A stretch of 64,000 bases of DNA from Betaproteobacteria bacterium (GTDB taxonomy: Bacteria; Pseudomonadota; Gammaproteobacteria; Burkholderiales; Casimicrobiaceae): the NCBI GenBank assembly GCA_005881895.1, contig VBCG01000050.1, positions 31,958-95,957 of the forward strand, written 5' to 3'. The position numbers and the translations under genes were made by a program. Below the pieces are notes generated by a model. It was given only the letters and a program-made list of their open reading frames with translations, had not been told where the DNA came from and searched no databases. This document shows, piece by piece, positions 18,811 to 26,008 of this stretch (the first letter of the stretch is position 1; each line of letters opens with the position of its first letter).

Positions 18811-21567
18811 ATGCTTCAAGGCTGGGTAGTCGTCCTTACCTCGTTCGCCTACCTCGGCCTGCTGTTCGCCATCGCGTATTACGCCGACCAGCGCGCCGAC
18901 CGGGGCCGCTCGGTCATCGCGAGCCCGTACATCTACAGTTTGTCGCTCGCCGTCTACGCCACCGCGTGGACGTTCTACGGCAGCGTGGGTCGCGCGGCGA
19001 GCGACGGTGTGGGATTCCTGCCGATCTACATCGGTCCGACGCTGATGATCGCACTGTGGTGGATCGTGATGCGCAAGATCCTGCGCATCTCGAAGGCGAA
19101 CCGTATCACGTCGCTTGCCGATTTCATCGCATCGCGTTATGGGAAAAGCGCGCTTCTCGGCGGCGTTGTCACGCTGATCGCGGTGATCGGCATCCTGCCC
19201 TACATTTCGCTGCAGCTGAAGGCGGTGTCGAACAGCTTCACGATCATCATGCAATATCCGGCGATCGTCATGCCCGCGACCGTGGGCGCTCTGCCGGTGC
19301 TGCAGGACACGGCGCTCTGGATGGCGCTTATCCTCGCGCTGTTCACGATCCTGTTCGGCACGCGGCACTTGGACGTTGCCGAGCATCATGAAGGCATGGT
19401 GGCGGCGATCGCGTTCGAGTCGCTCGTCAAGCTGCTTGCGTTTCTCGCCGTCGGCATCTTCGTGACGTTCGGCATCTATGGCGGGTTCGGTGATGTTTTC
19501 GCGCGAGTGCGCGCCGATCCCGGGCTCGCTCCGATGCTCACTCCGCTCGACGGGGTCGCCGGCAGCTACGCGAGCTGGGCGTGGCTCACGATCCTCTCGA
19601 TGCTCGCGATTATGTTCCTGCCGCGGCAGTTCCAGGTGGCGGTGATCGAGAACAAGGACGAGACGCACCTCAAGAAGGCGATCTGGCTCTTTCCGCTCTA
19701 CATGCTGGCGATCAACGTGTTCGTGCTGCCGATCGCCTTCGGCGGGCGCATGCATTTCGCCGGCGGCAATGTCGACGCCGATACGTTCGTGCTGACGCTG
19801 CCGATGGCGGAGAAACAGGAGTGGCTCGCGTTGCTCGTTTTCATCGGCGGCCTGTCGGCAGCGACCGGCATGGTCATCGTCGAAACCATCGCGCTCTCGA
19901 CGATGGTGTGCAACGACCTCGTGATGCCGGTGCTGCTACGACTCAAACGGCTGCGCCTCGCCGAACGACCCGACCTCACCGGACTTCTTCTCGCCATCCG
20001 GCGTGGAGCGATCGTGGCGATCCTCTTGCTCGGCTATCTGTACTTCCGCCTCGCCGGCGAGGCCTATGCGCTGGTATCGATCGGACTGATCTCCTTCGCG
20101 GCGGTCGCGCAGTTCGCGCCTGCGGTTTTCGGCGGCATCTTCTGGAAAAACGGCACACGACGCGGTGCGCTGGCAGGATTGACCGCGGGATTCGCCGTAT
20201 GGCTCTACACGCTCCTCTTGCCCGCACTGGCGCGCTCCGACTGGTTACCGCGCGGCTTCGTCGAGCACGGGCCGTTCGGCATCGAGCTCTTGCAACCGCT
20301 CGCGTTGTTCGGGCTCGCCGGGCTCGACCAGATCACGCATTCGATGATCTGGAGCATGATCGCCAACATCGGCGCCTATGTGCTCGTATCGCTTCTTGGC
20401 GCGCCATCCGCCGAAGAGCATCGTCAGGCAAGCGTGTTCGTCGACGTATTCCATCGCGAGGGTGGAGGCGCGCGATTCTGGCGGGGGATTGCGTCGGTGC
20501 CCGACCTTCACAATGTCCTGGCGCGCTTCATCGGCGCGGCGGCGGCGGACGATGCAGTGAGTGAATACGCGCGTGCGCGCGGCCGCCATTGGCCGGACGA
20601 CAAGATCGAAGCCGATGCGGACTTCGTCCATTTCGTCGAGGTGCAATTGGCCGGCGCGATCGGAGGCGCATCCGCGCGCGTCATGGTGGCGTCAGCCGTC
20701 AAGGAAGAGGCGTTGACGCTGGACGAGGTCCGGGAGATCCTCGACGAAGCGTCGGAGGTGGTCATCTATAGTCACAAGCTCGAGCAAAAATCGCATGAGC
20801 TCGAGAAAGCGACGACCGAGCTGCGCGCAGCCAACGAAAGGCTGCAGGAGGTGGACCGCCTGAAGGACGATTTCATGTCGACGGTTACGCACGAGCTCCG
20901 CACGCCGCTTACCTCTATTCGCGCGTTTTCGGCGATCCTGCTCGACGACCCGAACATCGACTCCGCCCAGCTCACGAGGTTCGTCTCGATCATCGCAAAG
21001 GAGGCCGAGCGGCTGACCCGGTTGATCAACCAAGTGCTCGATCTTGCCAAGATTGAATCGGGCAGCGCCGAGTGGTGCGTCACCCGGGTCGACGTCAAGG
21101 AAATCGTCAGCGACACGCTCTCCCGGATGAGCTCGGTGTTCAAGGAAAAAGGCATAGAAGTCGAAACGCAGTTTCCGGACCGGCTTCCCCGGGTGAACGC
21201 AGACCTCGACCGCCTCGTGCAGGTGCTGATGAATCTCCTGTCCAACGCGGTGAAGTTCTGCCAGGCACGAAACGGTCGAATCGCTTTGGAGCTATCGGAA
21301 GGGGCGGGCGTCGTTCGCGTTGACATCCGGGACAACGGACCCGGCATCAATCCGGAAGATCAAACGGTGATCTTCCAGAAGTTTCGTCAGGCAGGCGATA
21401 CGATGACGAGCAAACCGCAGGGGACGGGTCTCGGACTGCACATCAGCCGGCAAATTGTCGAGCACTTCGGCGGCAAGCTGTGGGTCGAGAGTCGACGCGG
21501 CGAGGGGGCATGCTTTTCGTTCACGCTACCCATTGACGTGGCGTCGGCCGAGGCGCAGATCGCGTGA
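18811..21567 (+). CDS. sensor histidine kinase with an N-terminal sodium:solute symporter (SLC5/SSF) domain and a STAC-like linker; no PAS and no receiver domain
   Basis: 918 aa. About 13 TM helices resemble PutP/SSF transporters. The linker is FVHFVEVQLAGAIGGASARVMVASAV. A coiled coil precedes the H-box FMSTVTHELRTPLTSI. N/G boxes are LLSNAVKF, DNGPGI and GTGLGL. Confidence 0.88.
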   Translation: MLQGWVVVLTSFAYLGLLFAIAYYADQRADRGRSVIASPYIYSLSLAVYATAWTFYGSVGRAASDGVGFLPIYIGPTLMIALWWIVMRKILRISKANRITSLADFIASRYGKSALLGGVVTLIAVIGILPYISLQLKAVSNSFTIIMQYPAIVMPATVGALPVLQDTALWMALILALFTILFGTRHLDVAEHHEGMVAAIAFESLVKLLAFLAVGIFVTFGIYGGFGDVFARVRADPGLAPMLTPLDGVAGSYASWAWLTILSMLAIMFLPRQFQVAVIENKDETHLKKAIWLFPLYMLAINVFVLPIAFGGRMHFAGGNVDADTFVLTLPMAEKQEWLALLVFIGGLSAATGMVIVETIALSTMVCNDLVMPVLLRLKRLRLAERPDLTGLLLAIRRGAIVAILLLGYLYFRLAGEAYALVSIGLISFAAVAQFAPAVFGGIFWKNGTRRGALAGLTAGFAVWLYTLLLPALARSDWLPRGFVEHGPFGIELLQPLALFGLAGLDQITHSMIWSMIANIGAYVLVSLLGAPSAEEHRQASVFVDVFHREGGGARFWRGIASVPDLHNVLARFIGAAAADDAVSEYARARGRHWPDDKIEADADFVHFVEVQLAGAIGGASARVMVASAVKEEALTLDEVREILDEASEVVIYSHKLEQKSHELEKATTELRAANERLQEVDRLKDDFMSTVTHELRTPLTSIRAFSAILLDDPNIDSAQLTRFVSIIAKEAERLTRLINQVLDLAKIESGSAEWCVTRVDVKEIVSDTLSRMSSVFKEKGIEVETQFPDRLPRVNADLDRLVQVLMNLLSNAVKFCQARNGRIALELSEGAGVVRVDIRDNGPGINPEDQTVIFQKFRQAGDTMTSKPQGTGLGLHISRQIVEHFGGKLWVESRRGEGACFSFTLPIDVASAEAQIA

Positions 21568-21570
21568 TGC

Positions 21571-21658
21571 CATGAGCGCCGCCGGACCAAGGCGCGGGTA
21601 CTTACCCTCCGGGGGCAGAGGGCAGAGCGTGGCGGCGACAGCCGCAAGCGTGGGGGGC
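21571..21658 (+). repeat. intergenic structured repeat, copy R2
   Basis: CATGAGCGCCGCCGGACCAAGGCGCGGGTACTTACCCTCCGGGGGCAGAGGGCAGAGCGTGGCGGCGACAGCCGCAAGCGTGGGGGGC. It matches R4 from the 5' end through the GCGTGGGGG 3' end. Confidence 0.75.
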
Positions 21659-23152
21659 ATCGCCGACACTCCCGCAGATGCGTTGGCGCTGTTGCGCGGC
21701 GCCTCCGGGATCAATCCTCCACTGCTCGATCAATCGCTTCGTACCTTCGTGTCGCGCGAACCCGTGAGCTGCCTGCCCGAAACTGCGATCCACGCCGTGC
21801 TCGAAACGATGGGACGCGAGCACATCGGCGCGATGGTCGTCACCGATCAGGATCGGCATCCCATCGGCGTGTTCACGCTTCGCGATCTGCTGGAAAAGGT
21901 CGCGCTGGGGAAAGTGGATAGCACGAATCCCATTTCCACCGTGATGGACAAGGCGATATGGGCGCTTCCTTCGGGTGCGCAAGGTTTCGAGGCGGCGGTG
22001 CTGATGGCGCGCGAGGGAATTCGCTACGTGCTCCTGGTGGAAAGCGAGCGGCTCGTCGGCGTGGTTTCGGAGTCGCGGCTGTTCTCGGTGTGGCGCGGCG
22101 GCATCGGCGATACCAGCGCAACGATCCGCGGGGCGCGGAACGTCGACGAAATGGCGGCGGCGACCGCTGGCATTCGAGTGCTCGTCGATCGTCTGCTCGA
22201 AGAGCGCATGGCAGCGGAATCCGTAACGCGCGTGATCACGACGCTGAACGATCTGGTAACCGGGCGCCTGATCGAGATCGTCGGCGCTGCGGCTCCGCTC
22301 GAGCGCGCGGGGGGCTGCTGGATTGCGCTTGGAAGCCAAGGACGCTGCGAACAAACGCTCGCGACCGATCAGGACAACGGCATCATCTTCGTCGACGGCG
22401 GCGATGTCGAGTCACGCAGGCGCGAGCTTTTGCCCTACGCGCGGAACGTGAACGAAGCGCTCGATCGCTGCGGCTTTCCCCTGTGTCGAGGCGAAGTGAT
22501 GGCGAGCAACCCGAAATGGTGTCTGTCGCTTTCGGAGTGGCGGCGGTGTTTTGCGCAATGGATCGACGAACCCGATCCGCGAGCCCTCCTCAACGCGACG
22601 ATCTTCTTCGACTTCAGGCCAATCCAGGGCAACCGCGCCGTCGCATCGGAGCTCCGAGCGTGGCTCGCCCGCCATGCCGAGGACAGCGGCCGGTTCCTGC
22701 TGCCGATGGTGCACAACGCGCTGACGAGCCAGCCGCCGCTCGGCCTCGTGCGCGACTTCATCCTTGCGAGCGGTGGCGAGCACCCTGACACGCTCGATCT
22801 CAAAGTGAACGGCGTCCAGCTCTTTGTCGAGTCCGCCCGAATCTACAGCCTTTTGACCGGAGTTACCGCAACGAATACGCTTGATCGATTCGCGGCGCTA
22901 GCCAAGACGCGACTCCTCGCGGGGGCCGAGATCGAGGCGTGGGAAGAGTCGTTCCGCTTTATGCAGCTCTTGCGCGTGCGGCATAACGCGGCGCAGCGTG
23001 TGCGGGGCGAACCGCTCCACAACCATATCAACCCGGCGGTGTTGAACGAGCTCGATCGGCGTATTCTGAAGGAAGCTCTCAGGCAGGCGCGCAACCTGCA
23101 GTCGCGTCTGGCACGCGATTTTTCGGTGGCCAATGCGAACTTCGGCGTGTGA
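21572..23152 (+). CDS. CBS-pair domain protein with DUF294-type putative nucleotidyltransferase and DUF294_C domains; start uncertain
   Basis: The CBS pair is MVVTDQDRHPIGVFTLRDLL and YVLLVESERLVGVVSESRL. A Pol-beta-like NTase core follows (GSQGRCEQTLATDQDNGIIF) plus a C-terminal helical domain. The only ATG before the CBS domain (21572) lies inside repeat R2. GTG alternatives are at 21629 and 21650. Confidence 0.8.
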   Translation: MSAAGPRRGYLPSGGRGQSVAATAASVGGIADTPADALALLRGASGINPPLLDQSLRTFVSREPVSCLPETAIHAVLETMGREHIGAMVVTDQDRHPIGVFTLRDLLEKVALGKVDSTNPISTVMDKAIWALPSGAQGFEAAVLMAREGIRYVLLVESERLVGVVSESRLFSVWRGGIGDTSATIRGARNVDEMAAATAGIRVLVDRLLEERMAAESVTRVITTLNDLVTGRLIEIVGAAAPLERAGGCWIALGSQGRCEQTLATDQDNGIIFVDGGDVESRRRELLPYARNVNEALDRCGFPLCRGEVMASNPKWCLSLSEWRRCFAQWIDEPDPRALLNATIFFDFRPIQGNRAVASELRAWLARHAEDSGRFLLPMVHNALTSQPPLGLVRDFILASGGEHPDTLDLKVNGVQLFVESARIYSLLTGVTATNTLDRFAALAKTRLLAGAEIEAWEESFRFMQLLRVRHNAAQRVRGEPLHNHINPAVLNELDRRILKEALRQARNLQSRLARDFSVANANFGV

Positions 23153-23284
23153 CGCCTCCTCGTCCGGGCAGACATTGATCGAAATCAGATGATTGTCGGG
23201 GCAACGGAGGTAGGCTGAGCGAACTTATGCGCGCTGGCGCAACGTCCGTCAGGTGAACGAACTTCGGGGGAAGAGGAGGAAAGA

Positions 23285-23602
23285 ATGGCGACGATCAATT
23301 GGGCGGCGATCGATTCCACGCCGCGGTTTCGCGAGCTGCACGACCGCAAGACCCGCTTTCTATGGGGCTTGATGGCGTTCTCGGTCGTGTATTACTTCCT
23401 GCTGCCGATCGGCGCCGGGTATTTCACCGATTTGTACAAGGTGAAGGTATGGGGCCCGGTCAACATCGGGCTCCTCTTTGCTCTTTCGCAGTTCCTGGTG
23501 GCCTGGGGCATCGCGTACTTCTATGCGCGGCGTGCCAGCCAGTTCGACGAGATGGCCGAGAAGATCGCCCGCGATGCTGATGCCACGGGAGGCCGCAAAT
23601 GA
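23285..23602 (+). CDS. yjcH: DUF485 (YjcH-like) inner membrane protein
   Basis: 105 aa with two TM segments. Its 4-nt overlap with actP is the canonical yjcH-actP pairing. Confidence 0.85.
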   Translation: MATINWAAIDSTPRFRELHDRKTRFLWGLMAFSVVYYFLLPIGAGYFTDLYKVKVWGPVNIGLLFALSQFLVAWGIAYFYARRASQFDEMAEKIARDADATGGRK

Positions 23603-25509
23603 ATATCCGTCGCAGATTGCTGATTCCCGCCCTTGCTGTTGGTGCGGCTTCGCTGCTGGCAACCGAGCCTGCGTTCGCGCAGACGGTGCCGACGCAATGG
23701 AGATTCCTCACGTTCGGCGTCTTCGCTGCGATCATCGCGTTGACGATGTACGTGACCTACGTCGCGGCGAAGCGAGTGAAGACCACGGCCGACTTCTACG
23801 CCGCCGGCGGTGGCGTGTCGGGTCTGCAGAACGGCTGGGCAATCGCGGGCGATTATTTGTCCGCGGCGTCGTTCCTCGGCATTGCCGGGCTGATCTCGCT
23901 ATACGGTTACGACGGGTTCATGTATTCGGTGGGCTGGCTCGTGGCCTACATCACGGTGTTGCTGGTCATCGCCGAGCCCTGCCGCAACATCGGCAAATAC
24001 ACGCTGGGCGACATCCTCGCCTTCCGCAACAACCCGAAGACGGTCAAGGCGTTCATGGCCGTGTCGACGATCACGGTCTCGACTTTCTATCTCACCGCGC
24101 AAATGGTCGGCGGCGGCGTCCTGGTCAAGACGCTGATCGGCATCGACTACGAGTACTCGGTGATCGCCGTCGGCGTCCTGATGCTCGGCTACGTGATCTT
24201 CGGCGGCATGGTGGCGACGACGTGGGTGCAGATCATCAAGGCGATCCTGCTCGTCCTCGCTTCGCTGGTCATGGTGTTCCTGGTCTGGTCGCAGTATGGC
24301 TTCGGCGGGCCCGAGTATTTCCAGCAGGTCATCGGCGATCCGAAGATCCAAGCTCGCGTCGGCGGCTTATTGGGCGACGCTGCGAGGACGATGAGTCCGC
24401 AGGAGCTCGGCCAGCGGTTTCTTGAACCCGGGCTGTATCTCAAAAGTCCGATCGACCAAATCTCGCTCGGCATGGCGCTGGTCCTAGGGACCGCGGGCAT
24501 GCCGCACATCCTGATGCGGTTCTTCACCGTGCCGACGGCGAAGCAGGCGCGCATCTCGGTGATCTGGGCGATGGCGATCATTGGCGGCTTCTACGTGTTG
24601 ACGCTGTTCCTCGGTACCGGCGCCGCGATGCTCGTTGGGCCGACCACCATCATCGCCGCCGATCCGGGCGGCAATATGGCGGCACCGCTGCTCGCGCAAT
24701 TCCTGGGTGGCGGGCCCGATTCGATGCTGGGTAACCTGATGCTCTCGTTCGTCGCCGCGGTCGCGTTCGCAACGATCGTCGCGGTCGTCGCCGGCCTGGT
24801 GCTCGCCGCGGCGTCGGCGATGAGCCATGACATTTGGGTCGGCATCGTCAAGGGCGAGCATGCGACCGACGCAGAAGAGCGGCGCGCCGCGCGGATCTGC
24901 ACGCTCATCGTCGGCGCGCTGGCGATCGTCATCGGCATCCTCGCGCAGGGACAGAACGTCGCGCACCTGGTCGCATTGGCCTTTGCGGTGGCGGCGTCAG
25001 CGAACCTGCCTGTCGTGCTGCTGACGCTCTACTGGAAGCGCTGCAACACCGGCGGCGTCGTCGCGGGGCTGGTGGTCGGCACGCTGACGGCGATCGGCCT
25101 CGTGCTGGTCTCGCCCAACATGACGTATCCGCTGCAGGTCAAGGCGGTGCAACAGAAGATAATCGACGCACAGACGCCGCGGATCGCAAAGGTGAACGCC
25201 GACATCGCAGCGGCGAGCGATCCGGCTGCACAGGACAAGCTCAAAAAAGATTTGGCTGCCGCGCAGAAAGCGAAGTCCGGCGCCGAAGCGGCGCTTGCGA
25301 AAGTCGGTACGGGAACCACGAGCCTGGTCGGATTGGAAAAGCCGTTGTTCGAGCTTCGCAATCCCGGTCTGATCTCGATCCCGATCGGTTTCCTCGCGGT
25401 GCTGATCGGTTCGCTGCTCTATCGCGATCGTCGTGCCGAAGAAATGTGGGACGAGCTGTATGTGCGCTCCAACACCGGCATTGGCCGCGCGGCAGCGGCG
25501 GCACACTAG
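23599..25509 (+). CDS. actP: cation/acetate symporter ActP (SSF family)
   Basis: 636 aa with an N-terminal signal-like segment. ActP-like throughout (AGGGVSGLQNGWAIAGDYLSAASFLGIAGL). It carries an extra ~55-75 aa hydrophilic insert before the last TM. Confidence 0.88.
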   Translation: MNIRRRLLIPALAVGAASLLATEPAFAQTVPTQWRFLTFGVFAAIIALTMYVTYVAAKRVKTTADFYAAGGGVSGLQNGWAIAGDYLSAASFLGIAGLISLYGYDGFMYSVGWLVAYITVLLVIAEPCRNIGKYTLGDILAFRNNPKTVKAFMAVSTITVSTFYLTAQMVGGGVLVKTLIGIDYEYSVIAVGVLMLGYVIFGGMVATTWVQIIKAILLVLASLVMVFLVWSQYGFGGPEYFQQVIGDPKIQARVGGLLGDAARTMSPQELGQRFLEPGLYLKSPIDQISLGMALVLGTAGMPHILMRFFTVPTAKQARISVIWAMAIIGGFYVLTLFLGTGAAMLVGPTTIIAADPGGNMAAPLLAQFLGGGPDSMLGNLMLSFVAAVAFATIVAVVAGLVLAAASAMSHDIWVGIVKGEHATDAEERRAARICTLIVGALAIVIGILAQGQNVAHLVALAFAVAASANLPVVLLTLYWKRCNTGGVVAGLVVGTLTAIGLVLVSPNMTYPLQVKAVQQKIIDAQTPRIAKVNADIAAASDPAAQDKLKKDLAAAQKAKSGAEAALAKVGTGTTSLVGLEKPLFELRNPGLISIPIGFLAVLIGSLLYRDRRAEEMWDELYVRSNTGIGRAAAAAH

Positions 25510-25530
25510 AGGGAGCGGAATGCAACATTC

Positions 25531-25563
25531 CCGACTCCGCGGCGGCGTGCGCCAAGGAGTCGG
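25531..25563 (+). repeat. partial copy (first hairpin only) of the intergenic structured repeat, R8
   Basis: CCGACTCC-[GCGGCGGCGTGCGCCAA]-GGAGTCGG: an 8-bp stem with a loop ending in CCAA like the family loop. Confidence 0.4.
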
Positions 25564-25607
25564 GACCGTGTGCAGGCGCCACAGCAGATTCCGCGGAGGA
25601 GCTCTCG

Positions 25608-25979
25608 ATGGCGAAGCGGATACTCATCGCCGATGACGAACCGAACATCGTCACATCTCTCGAGTTCCTGATGGAGCAAGCCGGCTACGAAACGAAGGTC
25701 GCCACCAACGGGCAGGAGGCTCTCGATCTTGCGGCGTCGTTTCGACCCGATCTCGTGCTGCTCGACATCATGTTTCCCGCGAAAAGCGGCTACGAGGTGT
25801 GCCAACGCCTGAAGGGCGAGCCAGCGACCCGGAGCATCAAGGTCGTGATCGTTTCGGCGAAGGGTCGCGATGTCGAGGTCGCGAAAGCGTTGGAGCTCGG
25901 CGCGGATGCCTACATTGCCAAGCCGTTCTCCACCCGCGAGCTGGTGGCCAAGGTGCGGGAACTGCTGGGGAACCCCTGA
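25608..25979 (+). CDS. single-domain (CheY-like) response regulator receiver protein
   Basis: 123 aa starting MAKRILIADDEPNI. It contains DLVLLDIMFP (the phospho-acceptor Asp) and AYIAKPF. GGAGGA lies 7 nt upstream. There is no output domain. Confidence 0.9.
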   Translation: MAKRILIADDEPNIVTSLEFLMEQAGYETKVATNGQEALDLAASFRPDLVLLDIMFPAKSGYEVCQRLKGEPATRSIKVVIVSAKGRDVEVAKALELGADAYIAKPFSTRELVAKVRELLGNP

Positions 25980-26008
25980 AGCGGCCTCACTCGATCGCAA
26001 CGATCCTG

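Noticed and set aside
23153-23284. Sigma-54 promoter (TGGCAC-N5-TTGC) upstream of yjcH-actP
   Set aside because: The closest match (CTGGCGCAACGTCCGT) lacks the TTGC element at the right spacing. No sigma-54 activator is encoded in the locus.
25799-26008. ATG at 25799 as the start of the exonuclease-fusion gene
   Set aside because: It would overlap the receiver gene by 180 nt in another frame, and the encoded residues (MPTPEGRASDPEHQGRDRFGEGSRCRG...) look like alternate-frame noise. The hydrophobic N-terminus begins only after the receiver stop.
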